Assembly (NCBI GenBank): GCA_041659845.1
Contig: JBAZXM010000001.1
Coordinates: forward strand, 124-64,123
Reading direction: 5' to 3'
Source of the DNA: Minisyncoccota bacterium
Lineage (GTDB): Bacteria > Patescibacteriota > Minisyncoccia > Phycocordibacterales > UBA9973
DNA length: 64,000 nucleotides
Positions 10,152-18,517 of the stretch are shown in pieces (positions within the stretch are counted from its first letter, which is position 1; each line of letters opens with the position of its first letter). The position numbers were made by a program, and so were the translations under genes. The notes beneath the pieces are model-generated. The model did not search any database and was not told where the DNA came from. It saw only the letters and a program-made list of their open reading frames with translations.

Positions 10152-11120
10152 ATGGAAATATCTATGCCGAAAATTAGAGTTGGAGTTTTACGCGGAGGAA
10201 TTAGCCCTGAGTATGATGTTTCGCTTCAAACCGGCGGAACAATTTTAGAGCATTTAGTGGGTGAATTATCTGATAAATATAAGCCGGTTGATCTTTTGAT
10301 TACTAAGGACGGGCTCTGGCATATGAATGGCGCGCCTGTATCAATTGAAAAAATTCACCAAAATGTGGATGTTGTTTGGAACGCACTTCATGGAACTTAT
10401 GGTGAAGACGGTCGGGCGGTCGCGATATTGCGAAAGTTTGGCATTCCATACACCGGTTCTGACGGCATGCCGGCTGTATCAGCGCTCCACAAAGGATTGG
10501 CGAAAGAATTTTTTTTAATGCACGGAATAAAAACTCCTCTCCACGAGACGGCGATAGCGCCGATAGGAGAATTTTCAGATTGGGAAATTCATGATATTGC
10601 GCGTGCGAAAGCGCGAGAAATTTTTGCGAAAATTCCTCCGTCATGGGTTATCAAATCTCTTAAAGGTGGCTCTCCACTCGGAATTATCATTGCGAAAACT
10701 TTTACAGAATTAGAAGATACTCTTTTCACTCTTTTCAAAAATAAAAAAGATTTGATTGTGGAAGAATTTATCGAAGGTCGGCAGATAACTTCCGGCGTGA
10801 TCGAGCATTACCGCGGGCAGAGGCATTATGCGCTTTTGCCCCAAGATTTATCTGGTGAAGGTGTTATAAGTAAATTTTCTTCAGGTGAAAGAGAGGAGAT
10901 TGAAAATTTAGCACAAAAGATTCATCAGGCTTTCGGTCTTCGCCACTACTCCCGCTCTAAATTTATAATTCATCCGCGTAAGGGGATTTATACTATAGAA
11001 ACTAAAGCTCTCCCGGAAATTACTGGTAATACTGCGATTTCCCATTCGCTCGAATCTGTTGGGGCGACACTCCACCATTTCATTGATCATGTAATCAAGC
11101 TCGCACTTGATAAAAAATAA
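10152..11120 (+). CDS. ddl: D-alanine--D-alanine ligase (alternative start MPKIRVGVL at 10164)
   Basis: KIRVGVLRGGISPEYDVSLQTG N-terminus, ATP-grasp architecture. Confidence 0.85.
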   Translation: MEISMPKIRVGVLRGGISPEYDVSLQTGGTILEHLVGELSDKYKPVDLLITKDGLWHMNGAPVSIEKIHQNVDVVWNALHGTYGEDGRAVAILRKFGIPYTGSDGMPAVSALHKGLAKEFFLMHGIKTPLHETAIAPIGEFSDWEIHDIARAKAREIFAKIPPSWVIKSLKGGSPLGIIIAKTFTELEDTLFTLFKNKKDLIVEEFIEGRQITSGVIEHYRGQRHYALLPQDLSGEGVISKFSSGEREEIENLAQKIHQAFGLRHYSRSKFIIHPRKGIYTIETKALPEITGNTAISHSLESVGATLHHFIDHVIKLALDKK

Positions 11121-11122
11121 AA

Positions 11123-11150
11123 AAAGCTTGCCGTTTAAAGGCAAGCTTTC
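11123..11150. terminator. Bidirectional terminator between ddl (+) and 11154..11588 (-)
   Basis: aaagcttgcc gtttaaa ggcaagcttt hairpin flanked by A/T runs. Confidence 0.7.
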
Positions 11151-11153
11151 AAA

Positions 11154-11588
11154 TTAACAAGGAATTGAATCAATATATTCTTCATCTGCGTCTATAGAGA
11201 CCAATACCGCTCTGATTTTTACCTGAAATTTTTCTGAAAGTTTCAGGCAGAGTTCCGAAGAAATTAGCTGATATAATTCACCATACATTTCCATTTTCCA
11301 TGAATCTCCGGGATTATATTCTAAACATCCGATACAAAATGTTTTTGGCTTAGTCTCAAACCATTTTTTCCACCATGTGGCGGTTGGTTTTTTAGGAAGA
11401 GTATAAAGGATACCTAATTTACCTTGTTCTCCACTTATGTCGCTTTGATTGATTCTTATTTTGTAGCGACCGGTCGTAGAGAGAGCGAAGTTTGGAATAC
11501 TTGATATGAAACCGAACACTTTTAAAGTGAGAGTTTTATCAACAGTCACAAGTCCTGATTTTTCCATGATATTCTTTTTTATGTTCAA
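11154..11588 (-). CDS. Hypothetical protein (144 aa), no recognisable domain
   Basis: Clean ORF, own terminator; CxxC pair (CIGC) but no other motif. Confidence 0.5.
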   Translation of the reverse strand: MNIKKNIMEKSGLVTVDKTLTLKVFGFISSIPNFALSTTGRYKIRINQSDISGEQGKLGILYTLPKKPTATWWKKWFETKPKTFCIGCLEYNPGDSWKMEMYGELYQLISSELCLKLSEKFQVKIRAVLVSIDADEEYIDSIPC

Positions 11589-11746
11589 GAACTTTTCTCA
11601 GGATATATGGAAATCGTTGATGTGTCAAATTCAATCGGGTGGACTTCAAGTCTCAATTTTTGAAAACCCCTTCTCTGACAAAAGTCCAATTTTTAAAGGC
11701 TTTTTTAAGGGATTCTGTTAAGCTAGGGGAAATCCTGAATCCAGAA

Positions 11747-11762
11747 AAGTTTACGTTTCCGT
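11747..11762. promoter_or_regulatory. Palindromic candidate operator (tttacg-N4-cgtaaa) upstream of the HTH regulator gene
   Basis: tttacgtttccgtaaa at 11747..11762, about 50 nt upstream of the 11810 start. Confidence 0.3.
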
Positions 11763-11809
11763 AAAATCCGCACTCTGTTTAATTTTTACTAACCATATAA
11801 ACTCATTCC

Positions 11810-12313
11810 ATGATTATACAAAACACATTAGCATATTATCGAAAACGTAAGGGCTACTTACAAACAGACACAATTAAAGTTTTAGGATTTTGTAGTACAA
11901 ACAGAATTTCTCGCTGGGAGAAAGGTACAGCGGTTCCAAGTATTCATAATTTAGCAAAGCTTTGTGCACTTTATGATGTTTCGCCTAAAACCCTGTATCC
12001 AGTTTTATTCGATGATTCAGAGAAACAAATAAATAAAAAGAAGTCTGATCTAGGGATTGTTTACCCATTCAGACTTTTATTAAAAGTATCAATCGCTGAA
12101 GTGCTTAAAATCAAGGAAGTATATGATCATATTTTTAAATCTCTGACAAATATTAATGAGTTTGCGTGTTTTAAGGAGAGTTATTTTTGGGAGCTATTTA
12201 TGCGACTGATCGATATTTTAATACTGCGACAAGTAGTGGCAATCAACCAAATTTATTCTCTCAGTCAAGCAGTGGAGGAATGGCAGGTAATGTGGCTAAT
12301 TTTAATTGTATAA
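11810..12313 (+). CDS. XRE-family helix-turn-helix transcriptional regulator (HTH confined to first ~65 aa; 3' part of ORF overlaps the next CDS and may not be translated as drawn)
   Basis: LQTDTIKVLGFCSTNRISRWEKGTAVPSIHNLAKLCALYDVSPKTLY = Cro/C1-type HTH. Confidence 0.55.
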   Translation: MIIQNTLAYYRKRKGYLQTDTIKVLGFCSTNRISRWEKGTAVPSIHNLAKLCALYDVSPKTLYPVLFDDSEKQINKKKSDLGIVYPFRLLLKVSIAEVLKIKEVYDHIFKSLTNINEFACFKESYFWELFMRLIDILILRQVVAINQIYSLSQAVEEWQVMWLILIV

Positions 12314-13818
12314 TCGGAAACAATGGAACAGCAAATGCAGGAAGTTTTACAATTAATTATTATGTCTGTAGTTCTTCATCTTTCATAAGTCCAACTTGGA
12401 TTGGCTCAGATTATGTTTCAGGTTTAGTAGTTAGCTCAACATACAGTTCGCAAATAAGTATTGATTTATGTAATGCAGGCTTAGCAAATGGCACATATTA
12501 TCTTGGTTTTTATATTGACTATTCTAACCAAGTCGGTGAAAGTAATGAAAATGATAACAATACTTTTTACAACTCGAATCCCTATTCAATAAATTGTACG
12601 AGTGGAGGAAAGCCAAATTTATATGATATTTCAGGAAGTGCTGGGCTTACTGGTAATGTTGCTCTTTACAGTTATACTATTAGCAATAATGGTACTGGTA
12701 ATGCAGGAGGTTTTTATGTAAATTGTTATGCGTGCACTTCACCCTCTTTTACAAGTCCAATTTTGGTTGGTTCAGATTATGTTTCAGGTTTAGCTGTCGG
12801 CACCTCTTATACTTCGGAAATTAGTGTTGATCTTTGTAATTCTGGGTTGGCAACAGGTTCATATTATCTTGGTTTTTATATTGATTATTCCAACCAAATT
12901 GCTGAGAGTAATGAAAATGATAATAATACTTTTTATAGTTTCAGCGCAACGACAATAAATTGCTCTGGTAGTGGTGGTGGTTGCACTTATTCTATTTCAC
13001 CTCCAACTGGTCATGCTACTTTTCTTTTTGGTGGCGGCTCAGACTGGACTTATGTTACAACTAACAATAGCACATGTGCATGGACAGCTAGTACTCCAAA
13101 TAATTGGATAACTGTTTTAAACATTAGTGGAATTGGGAATAGCTATATTAATTATCAAGTTTCTACAAACACATCTCCTTATCCAAGAACAGGAACTATT
13201 GATGTAATGGGATTGATTTGTACAATATATCAAGATGGTCAAAATTGCCCGGTAACTGTTAATCCAATAACTGATAATATTTCAAACTCAAGTGGTAATT
13301 ATTCTTTTCATATGACTACTGGTCTTGGTTGTGGTCATTCAGTATTAACCAGCGATCCATCTTGGCTTACAATATTAAGCGTAGTTGGAGATACACTCGT
13401 TAGTGATCCCTCATGGCTTACAATAATAAATGTAGTTAGTAATACAGTTGTGAACTATCATGTTAATTCTAACCTTAGTTCACCTCGAATTGGTATAATA
13501 ACTGTTGATACTGTTTTACACTATGTTAATCAAAGCGGTATAACTAGATTAAACGAAATTAGTGCTAGTAAAGAATTTTTTATTTATCCAAACCCAACTG
13601 ATGGGGTTATTAATATTGTTGGTAAGAATTTTAAAAATGATGATTATAAAATAAAAATTGCAAATTTATTAGGAGAAATAATGAATGAAATAGATTTTCA
13701 TGTAAGCAATAATATCATTGTCAAACAAATTGATTTAAAACAACTACCAAGCGGCATTTATTTTCTAAATGTTTTTACGAAGGAAACTATGCAAATATTC
13801 AAAATAAATAAATTATAA
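12187..13818 (+). CDS. Repeat protein: 2x CARDB-like ~110-aa repeats + short SDPSWLT(I/L) duplicated segment + C-terminal T9SS-type (Por_Secre_tail-like) sorting domain; TTG start after AAGGAGAG RBS, no signal peptide
   Basis: Two near-identical repeats ending ...YYLGFYIDYSNQ(V/I)(G/A)ESNENDNNTFY (E.NE.NN CARDB signature); C-terminal FFIYPNPTDGVINIVGKNF...GIYFLNVFTKETMQIFKINKL. Confidence 0.65.
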   Translation: MGAIYATDRYFNTATSSGNQPNLFSQSSSGGMAGNVANFNCIIGNNGTANAGSFTINYYVCSSSSFISPTWIGSDYVSGLVVSSTYSSQISIDLCNAGLANGTYYLGFYIDYSNQVGESNENDNNTFYNSNPYSINCTSGGKPNLYDISGSAGLTGNVALYSYTISNNGTGNAGGFYVNCYACTSPSFTSPILVGSDYVSGLAVGTSYTSEISVDLCNSGLATGSYYLGFYIDYSNQIAESNENDNNTFYSFSATTINCSGSGGGCTYSISPPTGHATFLFGGGSDWTYVTTNNSTCAWTASTPNNWITVLNISGIGNSYINYQVSTNTSPYPRTGTIDVMGLICTIYQDGQNCPVTVNPITDNISNSSGNYSFHMTTGLGCGHSVLTSDPSWLTILSVVGDTLVSDPSWLTIINVVSNTVVNYHVNSNLSSPRIGIITVDTVLHYVNQSGITRLNEISASKEFFIYPNPTDGVINIVGKNFKNDDYKIKIANLLGEIMNEIDFHVSNNIIVKQIDLKQLPSGIYFLNVFTKETMQIFKINKL

Positions 13819-13944
13819 TAATCGTCTTTTGAATACCTAAGAGATAATCGATATATAATTAAAGGTAAAACATTCATTGGGATAAATAATTTTTGAAAGA
13901 GGGAATGTTTACAATATATATTTTGATATGCTATAATTATCCCT

Positions 13945-14379
13945 GTGAAAATGAAAAATATTATTCTTTCACTTTTTTTCTTTGCAACTGCAGTGCTTGT
14001 CGGGGAATATTACTTTCATTCCTCTATATTTGATAAAAACAGGAATATTCCTCCAGTGCAAAGAAAAAAAGTGCCTATTAGTTCAAATTCTTCCAATATA
14101 TCCGTGCTTAATAAAATTTACCGTCAATATAAAAATGGAATAATTTCTGAATGTCCAACACAAGGAGAAATGTTTTATACTGCTGGATTAAATGTATATG
14201 ATGGAACAACTGATATATTTGATTCAAATGGAATACGTATTGTCAGATTTGGGGGGCTTTTTCCTAACACAGAAGGAAATGCTAATATTGATTTAGAAAA
14301 TTGTAAAAATATTTATGTAGTGCAAAAAAATATCTGGGGACTTCCTCCAGTTGATAAATACTATTTACAAGATCAATAG
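13945..14379 (+). CDS. Hypothetical secreted protein (144 aa)
   Basis: N-terminal signal-like segment MKMKNIILSLFFFATAVLVG. Confidence 0.5.
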   Translation: MKMKNIILSLFFFATAVLVGEYYFHSSIFDKNRNIPPVQRKKVPISSNSSNISVLNKIYRQYKNGIISECPTQGEMFYTAGLNVYDGTTDIFDSNGIRIVRFGGLFPNTEGNANIDLENCKNIYVVQKNIWGLPPVDKYYLQDQ

Positions 14380-14443
14380 AAGAATAGAAATAAGATTAGA
14401 GTGATTATATATTATAAGCCCTTTATACTTCTTGTCGGGGGTA

Positions 14444-14504
14444 CGGGGGAAAGTCCCCCGCAAGATAGCGTGTACCCTGTGCTGTTTACAGGGTACACGC
14501 TATC
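14444..14504. repeat. Two adjacent strong hairpins: 6-bp GC stem (cggggg aaagt cccccg) and a perfect 17-bp-stem/7-nt-loop palindrome (gatagcgtgtaccctgt gctgttt acagggtacacgctatc), no T-tract
   Basis: Read directly from sequence. Confidence 0.7.
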
Positions 14505-14738
14505 AATAGACCAAACAAAAGAAGAAATCCTTGATCCTGAAGATAGTATAGAAATAATTGAGGAATTCCTAAAACATCCAGGAAAAATCTGGAAAGAAGC
14601 TTCTGCTGATCAAAAAATTAAGCTACAATGTTTCAGTTTTCCCCAAGGATTAGAGTTTGACGGAAAGGAGTTGTTGAACCACGAAATAGCTAGGTTTTTT
14701 AAGGTTAAAACTGTGATTTTGGAGAAAAAGTCTCCTAA

Positions 14739-14813
14739 GGTGGACCCAAGCGGATTCGAACCGCTGACCTTTGCTTTGCAAAAGCACTGCTCTACCAGCT
14801 GAGCTATGGGCCC
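14739..14813 (-). tRNA. tRNA-Ala (anticodon TGC), G3:U70 identity pair present, CC encoded, terminal A not
   Basis: GGGCCCATAGCTCAGCTGGTAGAGCAGTGCTTTTGCAAAGCAAAGGTCAGCGGTTCGAATCCGCTTGGGTCCACC on minus strand; cloverleaf folds with loop TTTGCAA. Confidence 0.9.
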
Positions 14814-14815
14814 AT

Positions 14816-14891
14816 ATTTAATTTAAAATCAAGACCAATCTAACCTTTATTGGGTTTTTGCTGTTATCTACCAAAACAGCTATGGGCCCAT
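14816..14891 (-). pseudogene. Decayed tandem copy of tRNA-Ala (pseudo-tRNA) immediately upstream of the intact gene
   Basis: Minus strand GGGCCCATAGCTgttttGGTAGAtaacagcaaaaacccaatAAAGGTtAG... keeps the first 12 nt, TGGTAGA and AAAGGT blocks of tRNA-Ala but cannot form acceptor/anticodon stems. Confidence 0.6.
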
Positions 14892-15046
14892 CAAAATAAC
14901 GAAAGCAGTATAACCCATTTTTCAAAAAAAGAAAAGCATTCAATTCCAATGCCGAATGCTTCTCAATTCTTCATAGAATTTCTATTGAAGTTTTAATCAC
15001 AAGAGCAGGTAAATCCTGCTCTTTTTATTTATGTTATACTCGCATC

Positions 15047-15817
15047 ATGAATAAGAATAACGAGAACGACGCTAATAATTCGGAGGATATAGTATATGGC
15101 AGGCATCCTGTAGAGGAGCTTTTGGTACATAGTCCGGAGCGGATTGAGAAAATATTTTTAAAAGATTCAATAGGAAGGAAGGGGATTGAAGATATTTTAA
15201 ATCAAGCTTCAAAGCGGAAAATTCCAGTCTCCTTCGTGCCGGATAGAAAAATCAGCGACCTTGCAGGCAAAGACAGTGTGTCACAGGGAATAGTAGCGCT
15301 AATTTCTCCGACGAAATATTTTACATTGAAAGAATGGCTGCCGAGTGTTGACATGGATTCGAACCCGATTGTAATCGTTCTAGATGAATTGGAAGACCCG
15401 CATAATGTCGGTGCTATCTTGCGTTCGGCTGCGGCAGCGGGTGCTTCGGGTGTTATTTTAGGCAAACACAACCAAGCGCAAGTGAATGCGACGGTTTATA
15501 AAACCTCCGCCGGTACTGCTGGTCGCGTGCCGATAGTGCGAGTGAGCAATATAAATGATGCATTGAAAAATTTGAAAGATGCAGGATTTTGGATTATCGG
15601 ACTTGATGGGAATTCAAAGAAAACACTTTGGCAAGAAGACTTCAATTCTTCCACCGCTCTTGTAGTAGGCAGTGAAGGATCTGGTATTCGCACAAAAACG
15701 CTTGAAGCCTGTGACTTCACTGTTTCAATTCCGATGCAAAACAATGTGGAGTCATTGAATGCATCTGTTTCCACGGCGCTTGTGCTTTACGAGTGGGCGC
15801 GCCGAAAAGCAAATTAA
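15047..15817 (+). CDS. rlmB: SpoU/TrmH-family RNA 2'-O-methyltransferase, RlmB-like (N-terminal L30e-like domain)
   Basis: GRHPVEELL substrate-binding domain; LDELEDPHNVGAILRSAAAAGASGVIL; SLNASVSTALVLYE SPOUT knot motifs. Confidence 0.7.
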   Translation: MNKNNENDANNSEDIVYGRHPVEELLVHSPERIEKIFLKDSIGRKGIEDILNQASKRKIPVSFVPDRKISDLAGKDSVSQGIVALISPTKYFTLKEWLPSVDMDSNPIVIVLDELEDPHNVGAILRSAAAAGASGVILGKHNQAQVNATVYKTSAGTAGRVPIVRVSNINDALKNLKDAGFWIIGLDGNSKKTLWQEDFNSSTALVVGSEGSGIRTKTLEACDFTVSIPMQNNVESLNASVSTALVLYEWARRKAN

Positions 15818-15853
15818 AAATCGGTAAGGAGCTAAACTCCTTACCGATTTTTA
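15816..15853. terminator. Bidirectional terminator between rlmB-like (+) and 15851..16225 (-)
   Basis: tcggtaaggag ctaaa ctccttaccga flanked by A5/T5. Confidence 0.75.
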
Positions 15854-16225
15854 ATTTGCTATATTTTTTTTTGATTGGCTTCGAATAACTTCAAATTCTT
15901 TTTGAAGCTGATCCAATTCAGTATCATTCATATCTTCCAAGTCGACGAGTTCATTGCGAGCTGATTTTATTGATCTGATAACTTCATCAAGTTTCAGATG
16001 GATAGCTTTAGTATCCCTGTTTTGTATATTTTGAATTAAAAAGACCATAAGGAATGTGAGTATTGTTGTCCCGGTATTTATGACCAACTGCCAACCGCTG
16101 GAGTAGCCAAAATATGGACCTGTTAGTACCCATCCTAAGACAAAAACAACAGCCCAAACAAAAGCCCACGGCGAACCCATGGCTTCTCCAGTACTGTGTG
16201 CGATTTTTCTAAAAATTTCTTTCAT
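15851..16225 (-). CDS. Low-affinity iron permease-family small membrane protein
   Basis: WQLVINTGTTILTFLMVFLIQNIQNRD core resembles the Iron_permease (Fet4-like small) family consensus WQLVINTGTTIxTFLMVFLIQNxQNRD. Confidence 0.5.
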   Translation of the reverse strand: MKEIFRKIAHSTGEAMGSPWAFVWAVVFVLGWVLTGPYFGYSSGWQLVINTGTTILTFLMVFLIQNIQNRDTKAIHLKLDEVIRSIKSARNELVDLEDMNDTELDQLQKEFEVIRSQSKKNIAN

Positions 16226-16261
16226 TGAATTATTGTATCACGTCTATGATACAATCAAAAT

Positions 16262-16879
16262 ATGACTGAAATCACTCTTCTACACACATTCGGATATATA
16301 GGGCTTGCTCTGATTATTTTTTCTGAATCAGGGCTTTTATTCGGGCTTCTTTTGCCGGGCGACAGTCTTTTATTTTCGGCTGGGTTTTTGGTTTCGGTCG
16401 GATATTTTCAGCTTGTACCGTTACTGATACTGACATTCATCGCTTCCGTTACTGGTTACACTCTCGCATACTACTTGGGTAAAAAATACGGAATTCGTAT
16501 TTTTAAAAAAGATGATTCATTTTTTTTCGACAAATCGTACATTGAGCGTTCTGAAAATTTCTTTGACAGTCATGGCGGGAAGACTATTTTACTCGCTCGT
16601 TTTGTGCCTGTCGTGCGAACAATAGCTCCAATTCTTGCCGGTGTTGGTGGGATGAGACGAGATTCGTTTTTGTTCTATAACCTTGTTGGCGGTTTGTTGT
16701 GGGCGGACGGACTCATAATACTCGGTTATTTTTTAGGTAAAAAGATTCCTGATATTGATACATACATTCTCCCTATCGTGCTTTCAGTTTTCGTAGTGTC
16801 ATCCATGGTTCCGAGCTTCTTCTATCTTTACAAGCGTCATGTCCGCCGCAGGCTTGCTCGGTTTCATATTAAATCTTAA
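16262..16879 (+). CDS. DedA/VTT-family membrane protein
   Basis: LLPGDSLLFSAGFL and LLARFVPVVRTIAPILAGVGGM DedA signatures, 4-5 TM helices. Confidence 0.75.
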   Translation: MTEITLLHTFGYIGLALIIFSESGLLFGLLLPGDSLLFSAGFLVSVGYFQLVPLLILTFIASVTGYTLAYYLGKKYGIRIFKKDDSFFFDKSYIERSENFFDSHGGKTILLARFVPVVRTIAPILAGVGGMRRDSFLFYNLVGGLLWADGLIILGYFLGKKIPDIDTYILPIVLSVFVVSSMVPSFFYLYKRHVRRRLARFHIKS

Positions 16880-16897
16880 TCCAAATAAAAACTGATT

Positions 16898-18379
16898 ATG
16901 GATATACATAAACTAGCTCAGAGAATAGAGAATCTTATAAATCAAAAAACTATTTTTAATTCAAAGAGAAATGGAAAAATCAAGTTATCTAATTTTTTAG
17001 GTGAAAAACAAATCATTGTCGATGGGATTGAGCAGTCGGGTCCTTATATGTCTGGGCTTATCAAAAAAGCTATTCATAAGGTTCCCAAAAAACATCCGGT
17101 TAAACATGTTTTAATGCTCGGGCTTGGTTTTGGTTGTGGTTTGAAGTATATAAATCGCAGATTTCCAAAAGCGCACGTTACAATTTTTGAGTGGGATGAG
17201 ACGATGGCTGAAATTGCAAAAAATCATGGGAATCTAAATAAAAAAAATCCACCTGAAATTATTTTGGGCGATGCAATTCAATCTTTAGAAAAAATCAATC
17301 AAAAATTCGACATTATTATCATAGATATTTTTAGCGGTGGAAATCCCGAACCAAGACTTGTCGAAGAACAAACTCTTCAAAATTTAAAAAGAATTTTAGA
17401 AAATGATGGCTACATCCTTTTTAATGCTTTTAAAGAAATACGAATGTTTGAGCCTTTTAAAAAAGAATTCTCACTATGGCAACAATTCAAATTTAGACTC
17501 AACAACATAGCTTTATTCAGAAATTTTGGCATGGGGCGAAAGGGTGATCTGCTTCCGGATAATTTTGTCCATCCTTCACAATCTAAAAAATATTTATTAG
17601 GAGGATCACCGTCAAAGAAATCAGAGATAATTGGAGTTAATGGATGTTTAGGTATTAGATGGAATATTGGACCCATATATATTGATTCTTATGTTTCTGA
17701 TATTGAACCGAAAATTGACGATTTTTCATCCTTCAGAATTATTGTCTGGAATAGAATTTCCAATATCTCAAAACCTAAACACTGGTTTAGTTTCCCGCTT
17801 GATTTGTCGCCGTCAGCTTTTTGTATTTCAGATTTGAAAAACATGAAAGATAAATATTTTATAAATTGGACAGATCGAGCAAAGAGATATCGTAAAAAAT
17901 GGCTTTCAAATACGGAATTTGAAATTGTCGAAACAGACTTCCAAACTTTTTCTGACGCTTACAAAAAATTTGGCAAAATACCCCGCCATATGATTTCGAT
18001 GTTTCTGACTGTCTTAAAAAAACAAATTGCAATTCAGCCAGAAAATAGTCATTTAATTATTGCTCGCAGTTTAAAAAGCAAACAAATTATTTCTGGTATG
18101 GCCTTCATTCATCTTCCAGATATTTCCGAATCGATGCACGTAATATCTTTTTATGATCACAGATTTGCAAAAACCGGAGTGGGGACGGGGATCATAGATT
18201 TTTGGTTTAAAAATTCCGCGGAAAATAATATTCGATTTTTGAATTGGGGAGCGGTTTTTATGCCCGGCAATCCTAATAAATGGAAAGGATTTACTGAGTT
18301 TAAATATTATTTTAATCCATTTATAATTAGAAATTCTGAGCCGTTATTTAAATTTGTTTTTGGAAAAAAGAAAAAGTAA
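16898..18379 (+). CDS. Fusion protein: N-terminal spermidine-synthase-like class I SAM methyltransferase fold + C-terminal FemAB/Acetyltransf_6-like domain
   Basis: VLMLGLGFGCG (motif I) ... FDIIIIDIFSG; C-terminal ...GTGIIDFWFKNSAENNIRFLNWGAVFMPGNPNKWKGFTEFKYYFNPF resembles FemX/FemAB C-lobe. Confidence 0.5.
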   Translation: MDIHKLAQRIENLINQKTIFNSKRNGKIKLSNFLGEKQIIVDGIEQSGPYMSGLIKKAIHKVPKKHPVKHVLMLGLGFGCGLKYINRRFPKAHVTIFEWDETMAEIAKNHGNLNKKNPPEIILGDAIQSLEKINQKFDIIIIDIFSGGNPEPRLVEEQTLQNLKRILENDGYILFNAFKEIRMFEPFKKEFSLWQQFKFRLNNIALFRNFGMGRKGDLLPDNFVHPSQSKKYLLGGSPSKKSEIIGVNGCLGIRWNIGPIYIDSYVSDIEPKIDDFSSFRIIVWNRISNISKPKHWFSFPLDLSPSAFCISDLKNMKDKYFINWTDRAKRYRKKWLSNTEFEIVETDFQTFSDAYKKFGKIPRHMISMFLTVLKKQIAIQPENSHLIIARSLKSKQIISGMAFIHLPDISESMHVISFYDHRFAKTGVGTGIIDFWFKNSAENNIRFLNWGAVFMPGNPNKWKGFTEFKYYFNPFIIRNSEPLFKFVFGKKKK

Positions 18380-18517
18380 AAATTAAACTAGTAAATCCTA
18401 TGAATTCTAAAAATATTCGGATATTTTTTCCTTTTATTTATCCCCAAAATCCTTGTTTGATACGTTAAAAACGGATATACTATACAGTGCGTAGTAAGTG
18501 CGAAATTTTTTTACTAT

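Noticed and set aside
14401-14802. 133-aa ORF in the supplied track
   Set aside because: It runs through two strong hairpins and ends inside the tRNA-Ala gene on the opposite strand. It has no RBS or motif and is likely spurious.
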